A DNA stretch of 61,439 nucleotides, counting the filler, from Sphacelaria rigidula (Eukaryota): NCBI GenBank assembly GCA_964200075.2. It is 4 parts of 4 records of this genome, joined end to end, with 100 filler letters (N's around TTAATTAATTAA, not from the genome) between each part and the next. Parts side by side here need not be neighbours in the genome. Positions count along the whole stretch, not along the records: positions 15,389 to 30,672 come from CAXNAA020001821.1; positions 30,773 to 46,056 come from CAXNAA020001822.1; 2 more parts are not named here. One strand, 5' to 3'. A program made the translations under genes and the position numbers. Shown piece after piece: positions 22,785 through 35,255 of the stretch. The notes under the pieces are model-generated. The model saw only the letters and a program-made list of their open reading frames with translations, was not told the DNA's origin and searched no databases. Each line of letters opens with the position of its first letter. The first letter of the stretch is position 1.

Positions 22785-25700
22785 TCACATTGTGCTTCTA
22801 TTTCGATGGTATGCACACAACCTGTGTTGCCATCTTCGCCATTTATCAGAAATTTCTTGTGGGGACCCTTCTCCAATTTCATGATGAATTATACCTGATT
22901 TATTTATGAATTCCTTGGGACAATCTCGAGCCAAGATATGTTCCGAGCTGCCACAATTCAAACAGAACGGGCCAAATGCTTTGCGTGCAGCATCCTTCGC
23001 TTCACGGGAGTTGAACGGTTCGTAAAATGGCGGATCCCTTCCTTTTTTTCCAAACCGATGATTTTGTTTCTGGCCAATAGAATTAACATGTTGCATCTCT
23101 GTGTCTTCCTCTTGGTACACCTCCTCGATACTCATTATTCCCCCAAAATTTTTGCTGTGCAACGCTTTCGCAAAGTGTCTGGACCTGGTTGTTACACCAC
23201 CGACACTACCCGTACCAAAACGTTTAGCAGCTACTGCAACAGAGGTGTTCGTGTCAAAATCTCTGAGAGCGTTCATCATTTGCTCAACATCATTGAAAGG
23301 GAGAGGCTGATGATGCCTGCCCGCAAAAGCCTGTGCACTGATGTTGGGAAATTGATCGTCAATGCCGTTTTTAATCGCAGATTGAATGGAACCATTACCC
23401 GGGGCCAATTCTCGACCAACACTTTGCACGTTCGCCACTAACAGTCTCAACTCAGATAAATATGTTGCAAACGTGGTTCCCGGTTCCACCGCAAAATTTT
23501 ACCAACAAACCCATGACACCAGCTGGGGTCACTTTGCTCAACGCCCTGCTTAGCATTCGGAGGACATGTTCAAAGGCTTCTGGACCCTTCGATCCCCTAT
23601 CTTGCATTCTGATTGCTTCATTTGTAACGTCAGCAATTCGCGTACGTAGTATGGATACTGCTTGAATCCCTTGGGGGGGGATTTATTTCCTCCAATAGAC
23701 TTCAGTAAATGTTTTTGCAAACATTTTACCCAACCCGGGTGCCAATCATCAGGGTCGGTATCCCCCACAATTACACGCATATCATTAAGGGAGTCCCTCA
23801 GAGCGGCACCCAAAAGCTACTAGATCCGCCACGTCGTGATTAGGACTGAGCGGTAATTTTGGCAATTCAATTAAAATGGACGTATCCATTTTTGCATATT
23901 CTCTCGCAATATCCGTCGAGGACTTTTTTGATGCTGGCGCCAACATTTCAGACACATGGTTGTTTGTTGCGACCTGTGTCGGTGCTACCCGTCGTACCAC
24001 CTCTGTCTGCGAATTTTCTACTTTTGTATCCTGCTCTGACAGCGTTTCTTCCTCGTACCTTCTATTGAAGTAATATGAGGGATGACCCCTTCCTCGTCCT
24101 CGGTTGCCTCTGGGGTGGTGTTCCTGCCAACTCCCTGAGCTTCCACCTCCTTCCGACCCAGACTCCTCCACACCTCTGTGATCCTGCGGCTGCTCCCGGG
24201 GTCCAGACTGATGTTCTGTACCATGTTTTGCTTTAATGGCATTATATTCTAGCCAGTCTGAGAGAGGCCAAGTGGCCGGGCACGTTTGTTTCAGCAACTT
24301 GTATTCCGTGAACGATATACTGGGTGGTTGCGCCGACTCCGCCGTGGTTGGACGTTGATTTTGCCGCACCGGATTCATTTGCACCGCCGGCTGGCGGTGC
24401 ACCTCTTGCTCAATAGCGGGCGCCGTTGAAATCCCCTCAGGGGAGTTGGATTCCCCCAAACTCCTCTGATACTCGGCATGTTCCGCCGGCCCCATCCTCT
24501 TTGGTAACACATTCGCCTTCGTAACATGTTCCACGGTTGTGCTCTCTCTCTCCCCACGGGCATCCAACAAGGCCGCTTCCCCGTCCAGTTCTTCTTCCAT
24601 CAGAGATTTCTTTCTCTTCTTCAACCCGGCTAGACGCGCCATTATTTCATCCAACTCCCCGCTGACCTCTTCCTTTTGCGCCCTCACCACGCTCAATTTT
24701 TCTTTTAGGCTTTTGAATCTTGTCCCTCCCGCTTGTAGCATCCTACGAGACGTCTGAGGGGACAGTGTGACGGCAGACATGGAGATATCCCCGTCTGTGC
24801 GATCAGTGGAAATGTTTTTCTCAATATAGGGCTTGCCTACCGCCTGGGCGTAGGTTATCTTTGCATTCTTTCGCTTCACCACTTTCCACTCGGGATCCGC
24901 CAATTCAGACACCTTGCGGGACTCCAGGTCAGTGCCCAGGGTGGCTGACAAACGACGGGCCATTTCTTCATCTTTACGCATTAATCTTTCCATACGCTTT
25001 TTCCTACTCGCTGCTGCACGAAGTTCAGCTTTATGTAGGATTCGCGCATAAATTTCATCACCCTCGGTATCGGAGTCATCCGAAGAGGTTCCCTCAAATT
25101 GGGGATGCGACCTCTCTACCGCCATGCGTTCCACCCAGCGACGTTCCACAGCTGCTGACTTTTGAAAACTGGGCGCCTCCTTTTTGAGACTAGGCTCAGC
25201 CAACACGGGCCTCGTCATCCTCGACGGAATAGGAGTAAAGATTCCACCCGGCGCTGCCACGGTCGTTACTGGGCGATCACTATCACCAGCATCAATTCCC
25301 GTTGCCTTGCATCTATCCTCGTGCGACAGCGAGTCCAATAATTGACGAACATTTTCGACCACATCACTGATCACATCAGTTTCCTTCACCACAGAGTCAT
25401 CAACACAGGCACTATCAACCTCTACCTCATTATTGTGGGTCGTCACCTCTGCGATCGGAGAAACTATAGGTTCCCTCAGGGTGGCCACACTCGCCGAACC
25501 TGCCGTCTCCACCGGGGTGGTGTGGGGCACCATCACCCCTGGTAGCCCCACAACCGGTGCTTTCCCCTTCTGGGAGCTGGACGTCGCTGACTGTTTGTCT
25601 GCCGTGTAAAGAACGGTACCAGCAGCAGCAGTAGCGCGTGTGGTTATCATCGAGTTTGGTGACGAGTCACGGTGTTGCTGAGGCAACGAAGAACAAACAG

Positions 25701-26877
25701 CCGACTGAAAACCTTGATCTGTCCGGTTCGTTTGTTCTACTTTTACTGAAGCAGCATTTACCCCCTGTGTCCCGATAACTAGCCGCGATTCTTGATTCGA
25801 ACGTGCCGTGTCATTTCTGATATCATCACTACACTCAATATCTGACATGATTGATCGTAACTGTGACTGCGTTTTGTGAAATATCACGATCTGTTGTACC
25901 ACCCCCGATGCGGTCGACCTTCGCCTACTCTGCTCTACTTTTGACGTAAAGGTGTGAGACAAAGGGTCACCACCTGGTGCAGACGGGTGTGACTCGGTTT
26001 CTTGGTCTTTCTCGATGTTCCCCTCATGTTCATCATAATTTCTGGGTCGTGATACCTGCGTATCCTCTTTCATTTTTGCCTCATCACATTATTTTCTAGG
26101 ATCACCCACCAGCATGTCATCCGACTTTGTTGGTGACTGCACATTGCTACCAGGAAGCATGTTGTTCACATCACCGGGTGATTCAACTCTACCTCCAGCA
26201 AGCATTTCATCTTTGTCTATGGGTACCCGCACATTACTACCCGCAATACTGTCATGTACAGCACTGGGCAGTTGCGAAATTTCCTTCATATGACCTGATG
26301 TAGTGGACACGTCACCACCAATTTCGACAGAGAGTGAGGAAACCGACTTTTCCACGGTCCTACTTCGTTCACCTCTGTCTACAACATTTGATATGCTAGC
26401 AGCCGCCCTTTTTTCGGCTAGGCTTCCTACACATTTCATGTCGTCTGTCTCGGGGGTGTGAAACGTTGACGTTGTTTCATCAGTCAAGCTTCGCCCCCCT
26501 TCAAAGTTCACCACTGAGCCTACATTCGATACTTCGAGCGATTCATTTTGAGTCAAAACGTCACTCTGTATGTATGTCCTGTCATCTACCCGGTGGGCCG
26601 GAGGTGCCGCGAGATTTTCTCCGGTGTTACCTCTTACCCTCTCAGTGTGTAAATCTGAATTCGCTGAGAGCCCCAGCTGCGATTTTGGCGCGCTCCCAAC
26701 TGACTCCTCTACACATTTGTTTTCTGCATCTGGTATGTCAGACACGTTCGTGCCTGACACTACGTTCAAGCTATTAATAGCCTCACGCGACCGGTCCTCT
26801 GCTCTACATTGAGACCTCGTCCTTACCCCAGTCATCACTTTCACATCACTCTCAGAACGGGGTGTCTTACCGGACAT
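22785..26877 (-). pseudogene. gag: Very long gag-like ORF (about 1360 codons when repaired) of element A
   Basis: ORFs 26089-26877 and 23785-26073 are in frame across a single TAA. Further lesions lead to capsid-like TFATYLSELRLL and the knuckle CLNCGSSEHILARDC. Confidence 0.75.
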
Positions 26878-27039
26878 GTTGCGAAGCCGGTGTCGTCTGA
26901 TGTACGTGCTGACCTTGCTGAGCTCTCCCCCGGACTACCGTCGGACGCCACTGTCGTGAGAGAAGCTGTCGCTCACTTCTCCAAATGTAGATTCAACCGT
27001 TTTATGGGAGCTAGATGTAGTGTTCAGTTAAAGCCAAGA

Positions 27040-27355
27040 TGAGAGGAAGGTCCTCTGTGCACAAAATGCAAAGATGTGGTTTTATGCTTCTTTCTTTCGT
27101 TATTTGTACTGGAATTTGTATTTCCTCACACAATTCCGCACCCGTAACTGCTCTTGAAATAGCACACAAAAACCAAGACCGTCGACCAAGAAAACAAGGT
27201 GTAAAAAGGAGTGAAGCTAGTGGGGGTTGAGTGCCGAAAACCCTTCGGTCCTCAACTCGGTACTTCCCCATCCCTTTTGTCGTACTTGACCACCTAACCT
27301 GTGATGTTATTCTAAAAGAACTCACTTTTCAGTCTCAAAGCACACTCAACAGTCA
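27040..27355 (-). repeat. Candidate LTR between tandem elements B and A
   Basis: Starts TGA right after the purine tract AGAGACGAGGAAAGC; a TCA end occurs at 27040 (end uncertain). It does not match the 68 bp after the PPT of element A. Confidence 0.4.
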
Positions 27356-30300
27356 GCTTTCCTCGTCTCTAGTCCAACACTAGTCCACAGCACATCACAA
27401 TCCTTGAACCTAGCCTTCAACATCCTACTACTGTTCTGACCTTCCGATCCGGATTACAAGTTTTCCTTACTTTTAACACTTCAACATCGGACATAACAAC
27501 TCTTCTTTAGCCCGAGACCCGATTTATACTTGGTAAGTCTTGAAATACTGCAGTTCCATCTTTGAACTCAGGACAAGTGTTCGTTGATCATGTTTTATCC
27601 CGATTTACCCGTACACAAGTTCATATCTTCAAACTAGAACTAGTTCTGTACAAAACCAAAACGCCTCCGAGAGTTCGGCTCACCACATCAGCCCATTCTG
27701 TGAACCTAAATTTCATCTTTGGTCTAGATGATTTCGGTGAACAAACTAATTTCAAAACGCCAAAAACTCTGGGGAGCCTCAATATATCTCACTGATACTC
27801 AACCCAGCCGCCCCCAACTCATTTGATTCCGATAGAAAACTCAAAACCATGACTACATTTCATATAATATCCTACTTCAACATGCATTACACTTCACAAA
27901 TCGGCTCTCTTCATTGAAATTGCTGCCTGTGTTCGACCTACACAATTATTATAACAGTCAACTTCAAAGTAAAACAGAGAAAATATTCCAACCAAGATGA
28001 GAAAATAAATCTAGCCATTTCATCGTACTTCCAGCACAGCTCCATTTCCATCTCGTCGTCATGTACCGATGCCAAGCCACCCCAGTCATCTATATCTTCT
28101 GATGTCCATCTTCAGATCCGATGATGTTCGCGGTCCTCCTCCAAAGGCTCCAGCTATAGCGTGTGCGCAAAGAATTTTGAAGTTCTCTTCTGCACATGGT
28201 AGTGCCAGCACCAATCCCCCACTTGGTTCCAAGAGGTGTTCAAATTTTCCTCCAAAAAAAAAACATTATACCTCCGCCCAAGGTCCAACATCCTCAGAGT
28301 GTGCGGTCGTCTTTGGAAAGCCGCATCCTCCTGAAGAGCCATCACTTGTGCCAATTGCCACCCCCTTGTCTGCGTCAAATAATAAATATAACAACCGACA
28401 AGTTGAGAGTCATAGATGTGAGGACCAGCAGTGATATTGCTCCTCAGTTCATAGCCTTGAGCCACGAACATTTCACCTCTTTCCCGAGCCTCCTCCCGTC
28501 TCGCCAAATTCACTCGGTACTTTCGATACTTCGCATTATCCGGCTTTTCCATATTAGGGCTGCCCATCCAATATGTTAAAATTACCCTTCCATATTGTTT
28601 CAAGTCCTCTTCGTGCTCTCACCTGGGTCTTTCTAGATTCTCCCAATATAATAAATATTGAACTGAGAGTTTTCCACCCAAACCACGGGATAAACGATGA
28701 CTCACGATCTTCGTGGGTTTCAGCCTATACGTATCCAACTGTATCAACACATCTTCCTCGGTCAAGTGTAACGGAGGTGATAGTTCCGAATATTGACTCA
28801 ACACGTACTGACTCAAACCCCAGGGTAAAGATTTCGGCGGTTCCGGTTCATCTCTTGGATTGAAACACCGTTTACATCTCAACACAGAAACTCGGGGACT
28901 CATGATTGCTCCTGGCTCATTTTTCCGCAGCTCAAGCAACAATAATTTTTCTCCCACGATTTCTCCTTTGTCCGAAATACCTGGCCCTACCACCAAGATT
29001 TTATATGGCCCTCTCCAGGAGTGAGACAGTTTAGACGATAAAACTGTTTCCCCCCTTCCTTTACCGCATTTCCCCCTGACATAATTGTACCTTTTGTATC
29101 ATAGACAAACACCCAGTTGCCTACTTCCCACTTTGGTTTTCGATTTAGAGCCTCTTCCACCTGCTCGTTATTCGACTCATGTTTGGATTTAATCAAGTAG
29201 TCCTCTTGTTTAACAAGATCATATGCTTTGATTTGTCGATCCTTCATCAGCTGTAAATATGCCAGTTGATCAGCCTTCAACCCTTGATGTCCATACACAC
29301 CTCTTCTCTCAAGGATAGTCATGGGTAACCTTGGATATCTCCCAATGTGAACCTCATTCGGCGCTAACCCAATCCCTCTACTTACATTGTTGTTATGCGC
29401 AGAAATTGCATGTAATAATAGCTTATCCCAATTTTTCTGGTCATCAGCCACCAAATACGACAACATTTGACATAACGTGTGGTTTAATCGCTCAACCATC
29501 CCGTTAGTTTGCGGATGATACGCACTCGTGTATCGTTTCACGGCTCCCAACATCTCATAGACAATTCTTGCTACTTTTGCGGTAAACTCCGTTCCTCGAT
29601 CCGACAGTAACGTGTGAGGACATCCCCATCTTGGAATATAGTCGTGCACTAAAATGTCGGCACAACCTTCCGCTGTTTTCTCTTCTTTAGAAAGGGCATA
29701 TGCTTCTGCATGCCTACTAAAGAGATCCACCATTAAAAGTATGTATGTGTTCCCTTTCATTGATTTTGGGAGCGGACCCAACACATCAAACGAAACCATC
29801 TGCCCTGGTTGGCTCGGCAGTGGTGAGGAAATAAGTGGCCACCTTACTGTGTCTCTTTGATTTTTCCGAGCTTGACATGTGTAGCATCTTCTGACCCAGA
29901 ATTTAACACTGTCCTTCATCCCAATCCACCAATAATACCGTTTCAACAAAGATAACGTGATACCTTCCCCCAAATGAATAGCTTCTTTGTGAGTTTGGTC
30001 CATTACCCAAGGTCTCAGAAGTAGTGGTACATACGTTCTGGTTGGCTCTTCCCCTAAATACCTCTCAAATTGTCCCGGGTTTCGGTCCGATTGACTGGGT
30101 ATTAGAGTCTGCTTCTTTACTAATAACAAATCTCCATCCGATATTTCTAACAGTGTTCCCTGCTTTAGTAATCTTTTAAATTCAGATAGATCAATTCGTG
30201 TAGGAACCCCCTCTTCTTGATCCTTTGTTAATACTGTCACTCGTTTCTTCAAATATTCGATGACTGTTCTCGATGTGAGATCATCCTGTTGTATTCGGGC

Positions 30301-30672
30301 CCACTCCTTTGTCGATCTCTGACATAAACGTTCCCCAAAACGGCAAGCTTCTTCTGCTTCCAGAGTCGGTGGTATCGTTGTTGCTGATTCCGCACTACTG
30401 CTTCCTACATCGGTTGTGGGTTCAATTACTGCCACAGTTCTGTGTTCCTGTGGTTGTAACAATCTCCTCCCTATTTCCGTGATCGGACATGCCTCCAACA
30501 TCGAACCTTGATCCCATTGTCCCCTGACCATGTTATCAATCTTTGGAAAAATTAACGGTGAGTCATCTGGTAACACGTACGAAGACTTTACCGCTTTTTC
30601 TACCCCCACAAGTGTATTTTCCTTGCCCTTCGCTCGTTGTAGCTCAATCCATCTTTGGTTAGCTTGTTCAGA
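27353..30672 (-). mobile_element. pol: Element B: second copy of the element A family (integrase, tail, 3' UTR), cut by contig end
   Basis: Highly similar direct repeat of 15454 to about 18779. ORFs 28987-30609, 28619-28996 and 28154-28603 are separated by two frameshifts. Confidence 0.95.
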
Positions 30673-30772
30673 NNNNNNNNNNNNNNNNNNNNNNNNNNNN
30701 NNNNNNNNNNNNNNNNTTAATTAATTAANNNNNNNNNNNNNNNNNNNNNNNNNNNNNNNNNNNNNNNNNNNN
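30673..30772. other. Artificial contig linker
   Basis: 44 N + TTAATTAATTAA + 44 N. Confidence 0.97.
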
Positions 30773-31399
30773 AAAAAAAAAAAAAAAAAAAATTCCCACC
30801 CTCCAATTCATGCGGTCAAGGGTCAAAAAACAAAGGAAAAAAAAAAAAAAAACCCCCCCCCCCCCCCCCCCCCTTCAGTTCATGCGGGATGGATCGTGCA
30901 CATGTGTTTCCCACGAGTGATTCATACATGGACCATGATTCGTACGTGTTTTCCAAGCCTGATTCGTGTTACACAACCTGAAGTGTACACATTCCCAGTT
31001 CACGATTCGTGCGGTATGATCTTAAACATTTGAATAGACAACTTCATCATCCGTGATTCGTATCGGATAACTCTTTCATATAATGATTCGCGCTCAACGT
31101 TCATGAGGAGTCAGCCCGTATGAACTCTGATTTTTCCGAGCCGTGAAATCCCGATGATGACCCACCAACACGCGTTATTCGAGTGAAGAGTCACCGCTAT
31201 ATTTGTTTCGTCCAAAAAACAGTGGGGAGCTTATAATATAGAACTCGTACAAATGATTCATACGCTCCTCATACACGCTTCACTATCAGTTCATCAACCT
31301 CGCCTTCATGAGACCGATATGTACTCTAGTTTCTTTCAGTACTCTCGTACCGTACCAACCTCTTATCCGGTACACAGGTTCAATGGGCATGCTACGAAC

Positions 31400-31510
31400 C
31401 TTGCCGATAAATTGGTAGAACATGGAAGGCGTGATCCAGGGTTCTAGCACCATCCATGAACCAAGGTTGACGCCCCTGATGTGAAAGTCTTTCGAGTCCT
31501 TGTTCAACTC
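31400..31510 (-). CDS. Exon of a glycoside hydrolase family 5 (exo-beta-1,3-glucanase-like) gene
   Basis: CAG|ELNKDSKDFHIRGVNLGSWMVLEPWITPSMFYQFIGK|GT, 111 bp, phase 0-0. RGVNLGxWxVLEPWITPS is the N-terminal signature of EXG-type GH5 enzymes. Other exons were not identified; the 3' part lies beyond the contig end. Confidence 0.9.
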
Positions 31511-33590
31511 CTGCGATGTGTTTCATTTCGCGTCCATGACGTAGAGGCATAAACAGATGAGGTCGAGCGGGGAGACGAGGGGAACCGCTAGGATGTTGGG
31601 ATTCATAAACAGAGTGACAGAGTGACGGGTTGAGAAGGTTTGGAACACTGGGATCAGAACATATACATTCAGTGATTTTAAGCGCAAAACGCGGCGCATA
31701 TGGCAGGCACGTAGTGTATCACCCCCAATAGCTCAATAACACCCCCAGGAGATACGTTTTCGGTCATTGTGGTACCATACCAGTATAAAAAGTATTGCAT
31801 CCGGGTACGTAGTGTATCACCCCCCAGACACTGAATCGCATGATGAGTTGGGGGTTTCGAAGGCTCATGACCCGGAGTCGCGTATACCTTTTTTGAGGTA
31901 ATGTATGACGAGCGATAAGTCGTTGCCTAGGGAGAAAAGTACACGAGAGGGCTATGCACGAAGGGCGAGTCGTATGCTGTTGTCTGTGTCGGCGGATGCG
32001 GCCGCTGGCGCGTAACAGCAGCGACGTATTGATTAAAACTGGGGCCACACACCATGATGAAATAGGGTGGGCCGCACATGGCCTGTTATATACACTCTCT
32101 ACAACTAGATATTGATACACAGGAGAATGTTTTCAAAGCCGGTGGCACACACGGAGGCTACTTTGTATACCGTGAATATTTTTCACGTGCTGGGTACGTG
32201 GACGACTCAGCCGCGTAGAAATTCCATCAACTGCCTACTTCGGCCACGGAAAACACGTTCAATTGGTTCTAATGTCCATCCCCATGAAGATAAAAAAAAT
32301 AGGAAGGCCGCTTTGCTATCGCTTTTGCCGTCAAGCACGATTAACGGTCTTCGTTCGGGCCAACATGTGTTATCTTTTTCCGGCGAGAGCAAAGCCACGC
32401 TTTCGTCGCCAGCTCTGCAGATCAGCCACTTGTGACGCCCTGGGGTCTTGAGGGAAGATCGCTCCACACACAGCTTTTCCTGCAGCATGATTCACGACCC
32501 GCCATCACAGCGCTTGCTTCATGTCTTCTACAGAAGAAACGATTTCAGATTTCAGATTTTGCCAATTTTGATTTGTAGAGGCATATACGGCCGCACGACT
32601 GGGGATGGTTGTGTCGGGGTAGGCTAAGCCCAACCACGACATAATCGACGCGTAGGAGAGCGTGGCATAATCTACAGACTAGTCTGTCTTTCGCGTCAGT
32701 GGTGATGTACTACACAGTCTAGGCAGTGGGTCATGCCGACGATACTCATCTCCAGGCTCAGCCTTGTAGCTGCGGATTTTTACCCTGTACTGAGAGTCGA
32801 ATAAAACCCCGCAACTTTATAGTGGTACCCGGCGTCGGGACGTTGCCTCGGCAAGCACGTGCATGGAGATGGACATGAGACACGTGTGAGTAAGCACCCG
32901 ATTCGGCGGACTGGAGCTACCGGCCAACGCGGGCTGGGACGGCAATACCGCCCCGGTGAGATTCAAACGCAAGGCAAGTACCGTGACCGTCGCGTCAAAA
33001 CAACATCGGAAGAGAAACAGAAGCTCGCACATGAAATGACAAGGCGAAACAGACCGAAAAGGAGGGCAGAGTAAAGAGAAACGCGTGCAAATATAGAGAA
33101 GGCTAGAGCTAGGTTGCGTGTAGGGCAGCTCGAAGTGGCGACCTAAAACGTTCACACACTTATCCCTCACGGAAAGAACGGAGCTGGCCACGCTGAGGTG
33201 GTTCTGCGAAAATGTCAAGCGGTGGGATGTGATGTCATCGGACTGCAGGAGACAAGAAGTGCGGGCCGCACCGAGTTCTGCGCGGCGAGATATCGTGTCT
33301 TCTGGGGCGGGGCGGAATGGGGCACGGCAAGGGCGGGACAAGATGGGGTCGGGTGTTCGGTGAAGGAGTTGATCATCAATAAGGCGACGTGAACTCAGGC
33401 ACTCATCAGCGAACGCCTCACGTCGATGACTTCCAGCCTCGGGGGCTAATCGAATGCTGCAACGTTTGAACTTGTTTGTATCCCGAGCGACAGATCAAAG
33501 TCCACAGAAGAGAGATATCTATACGCCGGACGAGCACGAGTGTGACTTGTGGCACTCGCACTCGTTGGGCTGCTCGTTGGCCGTAAAAAT

Positions 33591-33968
33591 GAATAGAGTG
33601 AGCACGTGAGTCATCGCTCGTTGGGGAAAAATCAATAGGGCGAGCACTCGAGCCATCGCTTGTTGTGGAAAAAAATAATAGGGCGAGCACTCGAGTCATT
33701 GCTCCTTGGGTAAAAATCAATAGGGCGAGCACTTGAGTCATTGCTCGTTGGGGGAAAATGAATAGGGCGAGCACTCGAGTCATCGCTCGTTGGGGAAAAA
33801 ATGAATAGGGCGAGCACTCGAGTCATTGCTCGTTCAGGAAAAAATGAATAGGGCGAGCGCTCGAGTCATTGCTCGTTCAGGAAAAAAATAATACGGCGAG
33901 CACTCGAGTCATTGCTCGTCGTGGAAAAATATAATAGGGCGAGCACTTGAGTCATTGCTCGTGATGAA
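33591..33968 (+). repeat. Tandem array of about 9 x 42-43 bp
   Basis: Unit AATAGGGCGAGCACTCGAGTCATTGCTCGTTGGGGAAAAA with internal dyad CGAGCA..TGCTCG. Confidence 0.95.
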
Positions 33969-34709
33969 CGATTTCAGTGGAGGAGTCAGCAATCCGACGA
34001 GCAAATAGTTGTAATGAGTTCTTTGACGATCTTGGACCAAGAATCTTCAAGTTCATATGCATATCTGCACATGTACAAGCGTCAACCGCAAATATAGGTG
34101 TTGAAGTACTTGCCTGCGCGACTGGCGGAACTTGACGACTTGGATGTATCCCTCGTCACGGGAGCCGAAGACGAGAGAGATGTAGTCCCGTCAGGGGCGG
34201 ACATCCCAGGGGCCGGGGCGGGGGTAGAACAAGCTGAGATATAGACACCTTGACGGATGTCCGTTGTTTATTTTACTGAATGGTTTTGTGGTGGACGGAG
34301 CCACGGTTGTCTCGTCTAGCTAGGTTTCCTTTGCCCCCATTTTTCTTGCAGAGCAATGATCGACTTCAAAAGGGGTACGTATTCTGCTTGAGACCCATTC
34401 CCCCACGATCGTGTGTGTGCGGCAGGTGTTCGTAAAAATGATGCTGCAGGGGCCCCATTGACCATTTTACTTGAAAATAATACAAATGGACACCTGCCGC
34501 AAACACGCGGTGGTGGCGAAGAGTGCCACAAACATACCATCCAAAGGGGTTAGTACGATCTGTAGTGGTCACAATATTACCAAACCCTACCGTTGGTTCA
34601 CCAGGCTTCCACCATGTCTCGCGTCTCACTCGTCCATCACTTNNNNNNNNNNCATCACTTCAGTGATTGATGATTGGTCCTTGGGTTGTCCAGAAAGACA
34701 CAAGCAAGC

Positions 34710-35255
34710 GAGTCATTGCTCGTGATGAAGAAATAGATGACTCGAGCAAACGAGCAAACGAGCCATACCACGTGAAAAAGTAGATGATTCGAGCACGGGC
34801 ACTCGAGTCATTGCTCATTGTGGAAAAAACGTTATAGGGCGAGCACTCGAGGCATTGCTAGTTGTGGGAAAACATTTTAGGGCGAGCACTCGAGCCATCG
34901 CTCGTTGTGGTAACCAATGAAAAGGGCGAGCACTCGAGTCATTGCCCGTTGTGGAAAACATTGATAGGGCGAGCACTCGAATCGTGGCTCGTTGGGGGAA
35001 ACAATATACAGGGCGAGCACTGGAGTCATTGCTCGTTGGGGGAACAAAATAATAGGGCGGGCACTCGGGTCATTGCTCGTTGTGGAAAAAAATGGATAGG
35101 GCGAGCGCTCGAGTCATTGCTCGTTGGGGGAAACAATATACAGCGCGAGCAGTCGAGTCATTGCTTGTTGGGGAAAAAATAATAGGGTGAGCACCCGAGT
35201 CATTGCTCGTTAAAAAAAAACAGTACTGATTCGAGCACACGAGTCATGCTCGCTG
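34710..35255 (+). repeat. Second array of the same 42-43 bp unit (about 10 units plus degenerate ones)
   Basis: Same unit and orientation as 33591-33968. Confidence 0.95.

Larger units (their letters stand above)
15389..27355 (-). mobile_element. Ty3/Gypsy chromovirus-like element A, near full length (about 12 kb), decayed
   Basis: Gag-PR-RT-RNaseH-IN-chromodomain on the minus strand, an 800-bp 3' UTR, and PPT-like AGACGAGGAAAGC followed by TG at 15456. Confidence 0.92.

Noticed and set aside
30910-31185. Repeated TGATTCGT-like motifs
   Set aside because: Probably the end of another MITE, but the termini could not be defined next to the contig edge.
32207-32488. Minus-strand ORF as an upstream GH5 exon
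   Set aside because: No homology cue or convincing splice pair.
33591-35255. CRISPR-like array
   Set aside because: Units abut with only short A/G-rich variation, there are no unique spacers or cas genes, and the context is a eukaryotic transposon.
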